Below are positions 1-10,262 of a stretch of DNA of 64,000 nt, one piece after another. The number at the start of each line of letters is the position of its first letter. The first letter of the stretch is position 1. Both the position numbers and the translations under genes were made by a program. The notes beneath the pieces are model-generated. The model was given only the letters and a program-made list of their open reading frames with translations. It did not search any database and had not been told where the DNA came from. The DNA comes from an uncultured Blautia sp. (lineage in GTDB: Bacteria; Bacillota; Clostridia; Lachnospirales; Lachnospiraceae): contig CALWHD010000097.1 in NCBI GenBank assembly GCA_944380235.1, positions 28,641 to 92,640 of the forward strand, in the 5' to 3' direction.

Positions 1-1
1 T

Positions 2-1321
2 TTTGGAAACGAATACAAATGGGTAAGCATAAAGATCATATATAACAAGAGACTTGCTTTAAATGAAGTAATCATGTGTTTCCGGGAAATCGATATGGAA
101 AAACGCAAGCAGCTTCAGCAGCATGCGCTCCTGGAAAATGCCCTGAATTCCGCAAAACAGACTGTGGAGAAGAAAAACCTCTTCTTCAGTAATGTGTCCC
201 ACGACATGCGGACTCCCTTAAATGCCATTACTGGTTTATCTGAACTGGCGAAAAAAAATGTGGAGGATCCGGAAAAAGTCCGGGACTATATTGAAAAAAT
301 TGAAAACGCAGGAAAGCAGCTCCTGACTCTGGTAAACGATATCCTGGATATGTCCAGACTGGAACATGGGGAAAAAGGCACCCTGGACTATGCTCCCATG
401 AACCTTAAAACATGCATAGAGGACAGCGCCTCTCTTTTCCTTCAGCAGGCGCGCAGGGAAAAGAAAGTGCTGACCATTACCAGCGAACTGGAAAATCCCA
501 TGGTCTATTGTGATCAGTTCCGCCTGAACCAGATATTAAATAATCTCCTCTCCAATGCTTTTAAGTACAGCACAGAGGGTGCTTTGATCCATGTGGACTT
601 AATCCAGATCGATGCCAAAAATAATCACGGTAAATACCAGCTTCAGGTGAAGGACACCGGTATCGGCATGACCCAGGAATTTCTGGAAAAAATTTTTGAA
701 CCTTTTGCGCGGGAAACCACCTTTGCTCCCACCAAGATTACCGGAACAGGCCTGGGGATGCCCATTGTAAAAAGCCTTGTCCAGCAGATGAGCGGAGAAA
801 TTGCAATTCAGAGTACTCTGGGAGAAGGAACCTGTATCACCATTATCCTGCCTCTCCAAATAGCAGAATCAGAGACTTCACAGGAGTCTGATTCCGCTGC
901 AGATACCCCCGCAGTTCAGCCTTCCGGTCTTTCCGGGATTAAAATCCTGATTGCGGAAGATAATGAGATCAATATGGAAATTGCTGCGGAATATCTGACC
1001 ATGATGGGAGCTGAAGTTATCCAGGCCTGGAACGGCAGAGAAGCCGTGGATATCTTCCGTACACTGGAACCCGGGTCTGTAGATGTGATCCTCATGGATA
1101 TGCAGATGCCGGAGATGGATGGCTGTACTGCAAGCCGCACCATCCGCGCTCTGGACAGAAAAGACGCTGCTCAAGTCCCTATCATTGCTGTTACTGCCAA
1201 TGCCTTTTCTGAAGACATTGCCCGGACAAAAGAGGCCGGCATGAATGCCCATATTGCCAAACCTATTGATTTCGGAGTTCTTATTCAGGTTCTGAACCAT
1301 GTTCTCGCTGAACAAAAATAG
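2..1321 (+). CDS. Hybrid sensor histidine kinase/response regulator, 5'-truncated by the window edge
   Basis: Frame is open from position 2 (FGNEYKWV...). H-box SHDMRTPL, N-box NLLSNAFKY, DTGIG and GTGLG boxes, C-terminal receiver domain (AEDN, MDMQMP, AKP). Confidence 0.93.
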   Translation, partial: FGNEYKWVSIKIIYNKRLALNEVIMCFREIDMEKRKQLQQHALLENALNSAKQTVEKKNLFFSNVSHDMRTPLNAITGLSELAKKNVEDPEKVRDYIEKIENAGKQLLTLVNDILDMSRLEHGEKGTLDYAPMNLKTCIEDSASLFLQQARREKKVLTITSELENPMVYCDQFRLNQILNNLLSNAFKYSTEGALIHVDLIQIDAKNNHGKYQLQVKDTGIGMTQEFLEKIFEPFARETTFAPTKITGTGLGMPIVKSLVQQMSGEIAIQSTLGEGTCITIILPLQIAESETSQESDSAADTPAVQPSGLSGIKILIAEDNEINMEIAAEYLTMMGAEVIQAWNGREAVDIFRTLEPGSVDVILMDMQMPEMDGCTASRTIRALDRKDAAQVPIIAVTANAFSEDIARTKEAGMNAHIAKPIDFGVLIQVLNHVLAEQK

Positions 1322-1396
1322 ACAGAACAGGTAATGTGCAGTCTGGGATTTCTCAAAAATAATAAACCATATTATAAAAGAATGCAGACCTGAGGC

Positions 1397-2356
1397 TTAT
1401 TTTCCCTCAAGTCTGCATTCTTTTTCCCACTCAAAAAACTCTTTCACCGTATCTTTATAGACATCGCCCAGCACTTCAAAGCTCTGGCAATGCCTTGCCC
1501 CCTCTGCCAGGAGCAGCTTTTTCTTTCCTCTGCATGCCTGATAATTAGCCTGGGACATCTCCCAGGGAACAAAATCGTCCGCAACTCCATGTACAAATAA
1601 AACCGGTATCTCTGTCCTGGATACGCTGTCCATGGCTGTGTATTCATCCAAAGCATATCCTGCTTTCTTCCTGCACCGCCTGTTCAGCCATTTCATCAGG
1701 GGATATTCCTTCACATGAAACATATTTTTCCCTGTGCGAAGTACAATATCATAGGCAGATGAAAAACCGCAGTCCGCCAGAATTCCCTTTACCTGTCCCT
1801 GCGGAATCTCACCTGCTGCCATCAGTACAGTTGCTGCTCCCATAGAAACGCCTGCAAGATACACGGGAATCTCCTTATCTCTGTACATTTTCCTTACAAA
1901 ATCCAGCCATTTCCGGCAGTCTTTCCTCTCCAGGATGCCGAAGCCCATGTACTTTCCTTCACTCTCTCCCTGGGCACGCTGCTCCACCAGAAGCAGGCTG
2001 CTTCCTTCTTCATAGAACCATTCTGCCAGCTTATCAAAGTCTCCTGTCCATGTTCCTCTCCACCCATGAAAGCAGAGGATGATTCTTTTCTCCTGAGGAT
2101 TCTTCAGATAATGTCCTTTCAGCTTCAGCCCATCAGTACTTTTTACCGAGACACTCTCTAGAGACTGCTTCTTCAGCCAGCTGTTTTCATACTGTTCTTT
2201 CTTTGCTTTCTCTCTTTTTCTGCTGGTAAAAAGCTTCAGGGATTTTCCTCTTGCAGCATAGGTAAAAAAGAGATCCACCACCATTTTCAAAAACAATGCT
2301 GCAGACAAAATTACTCCGGCTGCCGCGATCACCCATTTAAATCTTTTTTCAGGCAT
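1397..2356 (-). CDS. Alpha/beta hydrolase with N-terminal membrane anchor
   Basis: HGW oxyanion motif, GVSMG nucleophile elbow, HGxxDxxV, C-terminal GARH, hydrophobic N-terminus. Confidence 0.88.
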   Translation of the reverse strand: MPEKRFKWVIAAAGVILSAALFLKMVVDLFFTYAARGKSLKLFTSRKREKAKKEQYENSWLKKQSLESVSVKSTDGLKLKGHYLKNPQEKRIILCFHGWRGTWTGDFDKLAEWFYEEGSSLLLVEQRAQGESEGKYMGFGILERKDCRKWLDFVRKMYRDKEIPVYLAGVSMGAATVLMAAGEIPQGQVKGILADCGFSSAYDIVLRTGKNMFHVKEYPLMKWLNRRCRKKAGYALDEYTAMDSVSRTEIPVLFVHGVADDFVPWEMSQANYQACRGKKKLLLAEGARHCQSFEVLGDVYKDTVKEFFEWEKECRLEGK

Positions 2357-2383
2357 AACAATTCCTCCCGGTACAGGTATTGA

Positions 2384-2908
2384 TTACGCATTCTCAATCT
2401 GAATCTGGCACATCTTCATTGCTTCCAGGGCATTCTTGTGGCTCTCAGGCGTCACCCCTGCACAGCAGGAAGCATCTACCGAAATCTCTGCTTCAGGCAG
2501 AGCAGTCTTGAGCAGCAGGGCGTTAGAAATCACACAGATATCCGTGCATACTCCTGTCAGCTGAATCCTATCGTATCCGTTTTCCTCTGCCAGACGGGCA
2601 AGCTCCCCGCTTCCGAAGGATGGTTTCTCCAGCACTGCAGCACCCTGTATTTCACTCTGGAGTTCAGGAATGATCTTCCATCCCTCAGTTCCTTTCATAC
2701 AATGAGGAACCGGAAGCTTTCTTCCCTCCTGGGTTTCCAGATAATTTCTTCCATGTGTATCCATAGTAAAAACGATATCTTTTCCACATTTTTTTGCTTC
2801 TTTTACTTTTTTGACCACATTTTCCACAATATTTACAGCTTCTTCTGTCCCCAGCGCCCCGTTTACAAAATCCGTCTGCATATCTACCACTACCAGCAGC
2901 TCCTTCAT
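2384..2908 (-). CDS. Isochorismatase-family cysteine hydrolase (nicotinamidase/pyrazinamidase-like)
   Basis: VVVDMQxDF, DTH, PHC, EKPSFG and GVCTDICV motifs (Asp-Lys-Cys triad plus metal ligands). Confidence 0.88.
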   Translation of the reverse strand: MKELLVVVDMQTDFVNGALGTEEAVNIVENVVKKVKEAKKCGKDIVFTMDTHGRNYLETQEGRKLPVPHCMKGTEGWKIIPELQSEIQGAAVLEKPSFGSGELARLAEENGYDRIQLTGVCTDICVISNALLLKTALPEAEISVDASCCAGVTPESHKNALEAMKMCQIQIENA

Positions 2909-2985
2909 CCCATCTCATCTCCATTTCCTATAAATCTTAATATTCTGCATCTGCTCTCTCTGTGTTTTCTTCCGGAATATCTGTT

Positions 2986-3840
2986 TCAGCCGCACAGCTT
3001 ATCTTTAAAAAATACCGCGATTCTGTCCCAGATCTCCCGCTGGAAAAAACGGACTTCTGCGTGATCTGCTCCCTCAATGGCGATCAGATCCACATCTGCT
3101 CCTTTCTCCTCCAGTGCCCTGTACATCATTTCTCCCTGGTCAAAAGGAACGGTTCTGTCGCAGGTTCCGTGAAGAAGAAGGAAAGGCGGTGCCTGTTCTG
3201 TCACATAACTGAGCGGACTGGCACAGGCGGCCTTTTCTTTATCACTTGCGGCATTCCCGCCTATAAGCAGAGATTCCGGAGCACCTGCCTGCATTTTTTC
3301 CGGATATTTTGTCACCATTTTGCTCAGATCAGAAGGAACATACCAGGGGCAGGCAGCCTGTACTGCACTGGAATATTCCAGATAATCCCCTTTGTCAAAT
3401 TCCTTTCTGTCCCCTGTCAGTGCAGTGAGGGCTGCCAGCTGTCCTCCCGCTGACTCTCCCATAACACCGAACCGATCTTTATCTATGCAGAAACGCTCTC
3501 CATGAGCTTTTAAATAGCGGATCGCTGCCTTCACATCCTCAAGCTGTGCCGGAAACGGAGCCTGGTTGCTGGTGCGATACTGGACGCTTGCCACTGCAAA
3601 TCCCCTGCGTGCCAGGTCGCACAGGTACGCCAGGTGCGCAGATGTATTCATAGTCAGCCATCCTCCTCCGCAGATCCATACAATGCAGGGACTTTTCCTG
3701 TCCCCCTGCTCCGGATAGATAAGATCCATTTTCAAATCTCGTACAATATGACCGTACCAGTCATCCACCTGGGCAAAAGAAAGTCCAGTAATAACCGTAT
3801 ACTGAGGTTCCTTTGGCTCGATATGCACTGTTGCCTTCAT
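2986..3840 (-). CDS. HSL-like alpha/beta hydrolase (esterase/lipase)
   Basis: CGGGW (variant of HGGG), DVKAAIRYL, GESAGG, HGxxDxxV, GADH; RBS GGAGG upstream. Confidence 0.88.
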   Translation of the reverse strand: MKATVHIEPKEPQYTVITGLSFAQVDDWYGHIVRDLKMDLIYPEQGDRKSPCIVWICGGGWLTMNTSAHLAYLCDLARRGFAVASVQYRTSNQAPFPAQLEDVKAAIRYLKAHGERFCIDKDRFGVMGESAGGQLAALTALTGDRKEFDKGDYLEYSSAVQAACPWYVPSDLSKMVTKYPEKMQAGAPESLLIGGNAASDKEKAACASPLSYVTEQAPPFLLLHGTCDRTVPFDQGEMMYRALEEKGADVDLIAIEGADHAEVRFFQREIWDRIAVFFKDKLCG

Positions 3841-3911
3841 ATTTTGATCCCTCCTGTGGTTTTTCTAAATTATAACACGATTCCTCCCTGAAACCAACTG
3901 TCTCACAGCTC

Positions 3912-5255
3912 TTAAGGCCTCTTGTCAAACTGTCTCTTCCAGTTTCCCTTTTTATAAAAGGCAAACGAGATTCCTGTACCGATCACCCAGCCCGCCGGCC
4001 AGGATATCCAGATTCCTGCAGAACCCCAGAAGGAGGCAAATACGAAAGCAAGGACTACCCGCAGCAGCAGATCCGCAAAAGTACTCACCATAAATTGCCC
4101 CATGCATCCACTTCCCCTCAAAACTCCGTCGGAGATCAGCTTGATACAGATCAAAAAATAAAAGGGCGTAACAATCTTAAAAAAGATCACTCCTGTATCC
4201 CGGGCAAGCTGTGTGCTCTCTTCATTCATAAACATATTCAGGCACTGTCCTCCGAATACAAAAAGAATGACAAACGCTGCAGCCGCAAATCCCATGGCAA
4301 GAAGGACTCCTGTTTTGAATCCGCTCTTTACTCTGTCTGTCTTTCCCGCGCCGATATTCTGCGCAGTAAAGCTGGACACGCTGTTTCCCAAAGTGGTGAA
4401 ACAGGTAATGGTAAAAGTATTCAGTTTGATCGCTGCAGAATATCCTGCAATAACGGAAGATCCATAGCTGTTGATCAGACCCTGCACACACATATTTCCC
4501 ACAGAAATAAAACTCTGCTGCAAAATACTTGGGACTGCCACCGCCGCAATCTTCTTCAGATCCTGAAAACGAAACAGGGGAATCTTCCCCTCTGTCCGGA
4601 TTTCTCCGACTCTCTTTTTCAAAACCAGCAGAGACAGGATACAGGCAGCTCCCTGCGCAAGAAACGTAGCCCAGGCGACACCTGCCACTCCCATATAAAA
4701 GACTGCCACAAACAGCCAGTCCAGAAAAATATTTGCAACAGAGGATGCAATAAGAAAATATAACGGCGTCCTGCTGTCTCCCAGGCTATTGAAAATTCCC
4801 GTTGCCACATTATAAAGAAACAGAAAAATAAATCCGCCGATATAGATTCTCAGATACAGCGCCCCATCTGCAAAAATGTTGTCCGGCGTATTGACCAGGA
4901 TCATCATTTCCCGGGAAGTCAGGAGCCCGACCACAAGAAGCAGAGAAGACAAAACCAATCCGCTGATCATAGCCGTGGACACCGCAGACTTCAGGTCACG
5001 GTAACGCTTTGCCCCAAACAGCTGACTCACTACAATGGTACATCCAATCTGGCTTCCTATGGCAATCGCCATAAAAATCATAGTAATGGGATAACTGGCT
5101 CCCACTGCCGCCAGCGCATCTTCCCCTGCAAACCTTCCGGCAATAACGCTGTCTGCAATATTATAAATCTGCTGAAAAATCACTCCCACAAACATGGGCG
5201 CGGAAAACCGCCAGAGTACTGATCCGGGATTCCCCACAGTCAAGTCCTTGATCAT
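3912..5255 (-). CDS. MATE family efflux transporter
   Basis: 447 aa, about 12 hydrophobic segments, QQIYNIADS, GDSRTP, GVAGVAWAT, AQNIGAG. Confidence 0.93.
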   Translation of the reverse strand: MIKDLTVGNPGSVLWRFSAPMFVGVIFQQIYNIADSVIAGRFAGEDALAAVGASYPITMIFMAIAIGSQIGCTIVVSQLFGAKRYRDLKSAVSTAMISGLVLSSLLLVVGLLTSREMMILVNTPDNIFADGALYLRIYIGGFIFLFLYNVATGIFNSLGDSRTPLYFLIASSVANIFLDWLFVAVFYMGVAGVAWATFLAQGAACILSLLVLKKRVGEIRTEGKIPLFRFQDLKKIAAVAVPSILQQSFISVGNMCVQGLINSYGSSVIAGYSAAIKLNTFTITCFTTLGNSVSSFTAQNIGAGKTDRVKSGFKTGVLLAMGFAAAAFVILFVFGGQCLNMFMNEESTQLARDTGVIFFKIVTPFYFLICIKLISDGVLRGSGCMGQFMVSTFADLLLRVVLAFVFASFWGSAGIWISWPAGWVIGTGISFAFYKKGNWKRQFDKRP

Positions 5256-5385
5256 CTTTTTTCCTCTTTTCTTACTGTAAAACCAAATATCTTTAAATGT
5301 CTTTTCCTATTATAGAGTGGGAAAATGAAGATTTCAACCTCGAACTCCCTTTCTTCCCCATCTATTCTGTCTTATGTTCTTATGC

Positions 5386-5437
5386 AAAAAAAACACCGTC
5401 CCCGCAGCTCGTCATGTCTGCAAAAACAGTGCTTTTC
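5386..5437 (-). terminator. Probable intrinsic terminator of the tRNA-Lys gene
   Basis: Minus strand reads GCACTGTTTTTGCAG...CTGCGGGGACGGTGT followed by a T-tract; the stem needs G:U pairs. Confidence 0.55.
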
Positions 5438-5439
5438 AA

Positions 5440-5512
5440 TGCGCCTTCAGGGGCTCGAACCCTGGACACCCTGATTAAGAGTCAGGTGCTCTACCAACTG
5501 AGCTAAAGGCGC
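5440..5512 (-). tRNA. tRNA-Lys(CTT), CCA not encoded
   Basis: Reverse complement is GCGCCTTTAGCTCAGTTGGTAGAGCACCTGACTCTTAATCAGGGTGTCCAGGGTTCGAGCCCCTGAAGGCGCA: cloverleaf, anticodon arm CCTGA-CTCTTAA-TCAGG, GTTCGA T-loop. Confidence 0.97.
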
Positions 5513-5564
5513 ATACTTTATAAATTTCTACGTTTTCTGAAGTGTTTCCCTCAGTGCAAAAAAT

Positions 5565-5593
5565 ATTATATCCGATAGTTTTACAAAATGCAA
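5565..5593 (-). promoter_or_regulatory. Sigma-A promoter of tRNA-Lys
   Basis: TTGCAT-N17-TATAAT on the minus strand, preceded by an A-rich UP-like tract. Confidence 0.7.
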
Positions 5594-5660
5594 GGATTTT
5601 TTTATATTTTTTTTGTTTTTTTTTAGAAACATTTAATCTGACAGAACTCCCCTGCAGACA

Positions 5661-5695
5661 GCAATAGACGGCAGCTGTACAGTCCGCCTATTGCC
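5661..5695. repeat. Palindromic intergenic element, copy 1 of a GGCAAYAGAYGG-N12/13-CCRTCTRTTGCC family
   Basis: GCAATAGACGG-N12-CCGCCTATTGCC; similar copies at 15491 and 60733. Confidence 0.5.
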
Positions 5696-5734
5696 TGGGT
5701 CCCCCCAATGTTCGCCTCTGCGATACATGTTTGC

Positions 5735-5881
5735 CTATTTTCTTTTCACATTTACAGATCCCAGCGTCTTTTCCACTGCCTCAATAGACTTCAGCACATC
5801 TGCTGCCTTGGTTCCTCCGCGCCGGTTCTGGTATGCCCACTGGGAGACTGCCGACTGCATTCCGCTTTTTTTCTTTGCCAT
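5735..5881 (-). CDS. Small basic hypothetical protein, 48 aa (not in the ORF track)
   Basis: MAKKKSGMQSAVSQWAYQNRRGGTKAADVLKSIEAVEKTLGSVNVKRK*; AGGGG RBS upstream of ATG; fills the gap downstream of trmB. Confidence 0.6.
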   Translation of the reverse strand: MAKKKSGMQSAVSQWAYQNRRGGTKAADVLKSIEAVEKTLGSVNVKRK

Positions 5882-5946
5882 ACGCTCTGCCCCTGTCAGC
5901 TTTCTTATTATAAAATATGCTGCAGAAGGATTTGGGGATTCTCCTT

Positions 5947-6600
5947 CTATCTGGAGGCTGTCAGCTTGTGGATAGGATTTCCCGCAGATGAGAATTTTTC
6001 TTCATACTCTGTCATCACATTTCCCTGATTCATATCTTTGTCATGATGCAGATCAAAAGTATATCCTTCCAGTTTCCATCCCGCTTCTTTTACCTCTTCC
6101 AGAGAAAATTCAAACAGCGGACGATTGTCTGTTTTAAATTCTACAGTACCGTCCTGTGCCAGAATCTTGTCATAGCGCTCCAGAAACTGCCTGGAGGTAA
6201 GCCTGCGCTTTGCGTGTCTTTCCTTCGGCCACGGATCTGAGAAATTCAGATAAATTTTTTCCACCTCTCCCTGTGCGAAGACAAGGGGAAGCTCTCTGGC
6301 ATCCATGCGGATAAACCTCAGATTCTCCGGCAGCTCTCCTTTCTCTGCCTTCTCCTCCATCTTCTGGATTGCCCGGAGGAGGACACTGTCATACATTTCA
6401 ATCCCTACATAATTTACATTGGGATACAGAGATGCCATATCCATAAGAAATCTGCCCTTTCCCATTCCTACTTCTATGTGTACAGGGTGGCTGTTACCGA
6501 AGATTTCCTGCCACTTTCCCCTCTTTTGCTGGGGCTCATGAACTACAAATCTGCTTTCTTCAATGGTCTCCTTCGCCCCCGGTATATTTCTCAGTCTCAT
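5947..6600 (-). CDS. trmB: tRNA (guanine-N7)-methyltransferase
   Basis: EVGMGKG, NFSDPWPKERHAKRRLT, FKTDN and TEYEEKF signatures. Confidence 0.97.
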   Translation of the reverse strand: MRLRNIPGAKETIEESRFVVHEPQQKRGKWQEIFGNSHPVHIEVGMGKGRFLMDMASLYPNVNYVGIEMYDSVLLRAIQKMEEKAEKGELPENLRFIRMDARELPLVFAQGEVEKIYLNFSDPWPKERHAKRRLTSRQFLERYDKILAQDGTVEFKTDNRPLFEFSLEEVKEAGWKLEGYTFDLHHDKDMNQGNVMTEYEEKFSSAGNPIHKLTASR

Positions 6601-6859
6601 TTATCTTCCTGCCTTTCCAAGCGCACTCCCATATTACAGGAGCCGCCGTTCCTGGTATATCATCTTTACTTTCTGCATTATAGCGTTGAATGTTTTAAAA
6701 CGCAATATTCTTTTTGGTTTTCTCCTGTTTCGTCATTTTTATTTTTCGCCTGTGCATTTTTTTCATCTTTTTTTACATTCTAAATATATACTCGCCCTTC
6801 TCACGCTTTTGCGCTGTATTTATATTGTTTATATTTTCAAAATATTACCTTAATTTTAT

Positions 6860-6888
6860 ATGACATTTCCGTCAAAATGGTGTATGAT
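6860..6888 (+). promoter_or_regulatory. Putative sigma-A promoter of the V/A-ATPase operon
   Basis: ATGACA-N17-TATGAT just upstream of RBS AGGAGG (6904). Confidence 0.5.
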
Positions 6889-6916
6889 AGGGAGTGTATC
6901 AAAAGGAGGAAAGCTT

Positions 6917-7228
6917 ATGGAAGACATTATTACAAAGCTGGCTGAGATAGAAGCTGCCGCCTCGCGGATCATGGAGAGTGTTTCAGAGCAGAAGCTGCAG
7001 CTCGCCCGGGAACACGAAGCTGCCGTGGAAGAATTTGACCGCAAAGTAGACGCTGACACCCGCGAAGAAGTGAAAAAGATCCGGGATCAGCTGGAAATCC
7101 GGATGAAGCAGGAACTGGAAAGCCAGAAAGCAGATACTGAAAAGAAGCTGGAACACATGGAGTCTTATTATCAGGAGCACCACAGTGAACTGGCAAAAAA
7201 TATATATGACAGAATAATAAGGAAGTGA
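6917..7228 (+). CDS. V/A-type ATPase peripheral stalk subunit G/H
   Basis: ATG at 6917 after AGGAGG; charged coiled-coil protein (IITKLAEIEAAA) heading the ATPase operon. Confidence 0.75.
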   Translation: MEDIITKLAEIEAAASRIMESVSEQKLQLAREHEAAVEEFDRKVDADTREEVKKIRDQLEIRMKQELESQKADTEKKLEHMESYYQEHHSELAKNIYDRIIRK

Positions 7229-7235
7229 TGAGCAT

Positions 7236-8276
7236 ATGGGAAGCCTGTTGTCCTACAGCGGTCTGTCCACCAAAATCCGCGCCATGCAGAGCAAGCTTAT
7301 GGGGGAATCACAGTATTTGGAAATCGCTCAGATGAATTCTGTACCCCAGGTTGTAGCTTACTTAAAAAAGCAGCCCGGGTTCGCTGATCTTTGGGCAGAT
7401 CTGGATGAGAACAGTCTCCACAGAGGCGATATCGAAAAACTTCTGATCCATACCATACATCAGAATTTCACCAAACTGTACCGGTTTGCCAATCCTTCCC
7501 AGAGGACTTTTATGGCACTGTATTTCAAACGCTATGAAATCTCTGTTATGAAAGACTGTCTGCGAAAAGTCTTTGACCAGGGGCATGCCCAGCTGGATCT
7601 GTCCCTGTTCAAAGAGTTTTTCGACCGGCATTCCAAGCTGGATATCGAAAAACTCACCTCCTCTTCCAGCGTAGAGGAGTTTGTAAATAATCTGGAAGGT
7701 TCTGAATACTATGCGCCTTTAAAAAAACTGGAGAATGACTATCATCCTCAGATCTTTGACTACGGCATGGCACTGGATCAGTATTATTTCGCCAATATCT
7801 GGTCTGCGAAGGAAAAACTGTTTAAAAAAAGGGATCTGGAGGAGATCACCAAGGCTTACGGCAATAAATTCGATATGCTGAACCTGCAGTGGATCTACCG
7901 TTCCAAGAAATATTACCACATGCAGCCTGCGGATATCTATGCCCTGCTGATCCCCATGCATTACCGCCTGAGCAGAGAGGAAATCTCAGCGCTGGTAGAA
8001 GCTCCGGACCCGGAAGAATTCAAAAAGGTCCTGGAAGGCACTTATTATAAGAAACGTTTCCCCGAACTTGCCCCGGAGAAACTGGAAGAATTCTATAACC
8101 TGAACTTAAAAAACATACTTGAGGCTGAGGCAAGAAAATATCCACACTCAGTAATTATGATCTATTCTTATTTCTACCATAAGGAACATGAAGTTGACAG
8201 GCTGACCACAGCCATTGAATGTGTCCGCTATGGACTGTCACCTGCTGAGACTATGGATTATATACGCAGAGCCTGA
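7236..8276 (+). CDS. ntpC: V/A-type ATPase subunit C (V0D/AC39 family)
   Basis: 346 aa, YSGLSTKIRAMQSKL N-terminus, KEHEVDRL C-terminal motif, operon context. Confidence 0.88.
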   Translation: MGSLLSYSGLSTKIRAMQSKLMGESQYLEIAQMNSVPQVVAYLKKQPGFADLWADLDENSLHRGDIEKLLIHTIHQNFTKLYRFANPSQRTFMALYFKRYEISVMKDCLRKVFDQGHAQLDLSLFKEFFDRHSKLDIEKLTSSSSVEEFVNNLEGSEYYAPLKKLENDYHPQIFDYGMALDQYYFANIWSAKEKLFKKRDLEEITKAYGNKFDMLNLQWIYRSKKYYHMQPADIYALLIPMHYRLSREEISALVEAPDPEEFKKVLEGTYYKKRFPELAPEKLEEFYNLNLKNILEAEARKYPHSVIMIYSYFYHKEHEVDRLTTAIECVRYGLSPAETMDYIRRA

Positions 8277-8294
8277 ATATAGGAGGTGATTTAC

Positions 8295-10241
8295 ATGATT
8301 GAAAAGATGAAGTTCCTGAGCATTACCGGTCCCAGGGCTGACATTGACCGGGTGGTAAATGAATACCTTTCCAAATATGAGATACATCTGGAAAACGCCA
8401 TGACACAGTTAAGCCAGGTACAGAATCTTTCTCCTTACCTGCAGATCAATCCCTACAAAGATCTGCTGAACAAGGTGAATGATTTTGCTTCTCTCATACA
8501 AAACAAAGAAAACATTCCCATCGGCGAGATCTCCCTGGAAGAAACAAAGGAACTTACAGATTCCTTGAGCCGGCAGCTCTCAGAGATACAAAAGAAACTT
8601 CAGGAACTGACTGACACCAGAAATTCCCTCACTGAAGACCTGAATAAAATCACACCTTTTCTGGAACTTCCGGAGGATGTGGACAAACTGATCCATTACC
8701 GTTTCGCCCAGGCGCGCTTCGGAAGGATTCCGGCGGAATACTATGATCGCTTTAAAGAATATGTTTATGATAACCTTGACACCTTGTTCTATCCCTGTCA
8801 CCAGGACAGCGATTATGTATGGGGAGTCTATTTTGTAGTCTGGACCAAGATGGAACAGGTAGACGCTGTATTTTCCTCCATGCATTTCGAGAGGATCTAT
8901 CTGAAAAAAGACTATTACTATGGAACACCTAAAAAGATCCACACAGAACTGGAGGCAAGACTGGAACATACAGGCCGTGAATATGCAGAATGCCAAAGGC
9001 AGATGGAACAGCTTCTGGAAAAAGACGCAGCAAGGATACTCTCCGCCCAGGCATGCTTAAATGCCCTTTCCACAAACTTTGATGTGCGTAAGGCAGCTGC
9101 CTGTGTAAAAGAACATCAGGAGACTTTCTATATCCTCTGCGGCTGGATGTCCCAGCATGACGCAGCCTCCTTTATGAAGGATGTGGAAGAAGACTCCAAC
9201 CTTTTTGTTGTAGTAGAAGATGATCAGAACCGTATCAGCTGCAAACCTCCCACTAAACTGAAAAACCCCAAGATCTTCAAACCCTTTGAAATGTATGTAA
9301 AAATGTACGGACTTCCTGATTACCATGAAATAGATCCCACCGTATTTGTGGCACTGACCTACTCCTTTATCTTCGGCGCCATGTTCGGGGATTTCGGTCA
9401 GGGACTCCTGCTTGCCATAGGCGGCTTCTGGCTGTACCGGGCAAAGAAGATGAACCTTGCCGCCATTATCGGGACTGCGGGAATTTTTTCCGCTTTCTTC
9501 GGACTGATGTTCGGCAGCGTCTTTGGTTTTGAAGATGTGATCCCCGCTCTCTGGCTCCATCCTACAGAGGCTATGATGCTGGTGCCGGGACTTGGCAACA
9601 TTAATACCGTATTTGTTGCAGCTATTGTGTTCGGCATGTTCCTGATCCTCACCACCATGATCTTCCATATCATCAATGCCGTAAAAAACAAGGATGTGGA
9701 AAATATCTGGTTTGACCAGAATGCCGTGTGCGGACTGGTATTTTATGGAACACTGACCATATCGGCAGTTCTCCTGATCACTGGAAATAAACTTCCGGCG
9801 GCAGTGCTTTTGATTGTCATGTTTGCAGTACCCCTTCTTCTCATTATGATGAAGGAGCCCCTGACCCGGCTGGTGAAAAAGAAATCTCCTGCCATTGAGG
9901 GCAGCAAACCCATGTTTTTTGTACAGAGCTTTTTTGAATTATTTGAGATTATGCTCAGCTTTCTTTCCAACACTCTGTCATTCATCCGTATCGGAGCCTT
10001 TGCGGTAAGCCATGCGGCCATGATGGGGGTTGTGCTCATGCTGGCAGGAGCAGAAAACGGAGGAAACATCAACTGGCTTATCATCATACTTGGAAATCTG
10101 TTCGTATGCGCTATGGAAGGACTGATCGTCGGAATCCAGGTACTGCGTCTGGAATATTATGAGATGTTCAGCCGTTTCTACAAAGGCAGCGGAAAAGAAT
10201 TCCAGCCATTTTTAAAACGTGTCAATACAAAAAAGAAGTAA
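8295..10241 (+). CDS. ntpI: V/A-type ATPase subunit I (a)
   Basis: PPTKLKN, YGLPDYHEIDPT, FGAMFGDFGQG, SNTLSFIRI (essential Arg), LRLEYYEMFSRFY; RBS AGGAGG at 8281. Confidence 0.96.
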   Translation: MIEKMKFLSITGPRADIDRVVNEYLSKYEIHLENAMTQLSQVQNLSPYLQINPYKDLLNKVNDFASLIQNKENIPIGEISLEETKELTDSLSRQLSEIQKKLQELTDTRNSLTEDLNKITPFLELPEDVDKLIHYRFAQARFGRIPAEYYDRFKEYVYDNLDTLFYPCHQDSDYVWGVYFVVWTKMEQVDAVFSSMHFERIYLKKDYYYGTPKKIHTELEARLEHTGREYAECQRQMEQLLEKDAARILSAQACLNALSTNFDVRKAAACVKEHQETFYILCGWMSQHDAASFMKDVEEDSNLFVVVEDDQNRISCKPPTKLKNPKIFKPFEMYVKMYGLPDYHEIDPTVFVALTYSFIFGAMFGDFGQGLLLAIGGFWLYRAKKMNLAAIIGTAGIFSAFFGLMFGSVFGFEDVIPALWLHPTEAMMLVPGLGNINTVFVAAIVFGMFLILTTMIFHIINAVKNKDVENIWFDQNAVCGLVFYGTLTISAVLLITGNKLPAAVLLIVMFAVPLLLIMMKEPLTRLVKKKSPAIEGSKPMFFVQSFFELFEIMLSFLSNTLSFIRIGAFAVSHAAMMGVVLMLAGAENGGNINWLIIILGNLFVCAMEGLIVGIQVLRLEYYEMFSRFYKGSGKEFQPFLKRVNTKKK

Positions 10242-10262
10242 AGAATTAGGAGGATTTTCATT

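Noticed and set aside
5297-5506. 69-aa ORF in the track
   Set aside because: Antisense shadow of the tRNA and its terminator.
1-5512. Genomic island integrated at tRNA-Lys
   Set aside because: No integrase and no duplicated tRNA 3' end seen within the window; I cannot exclude one beyond the left edge.
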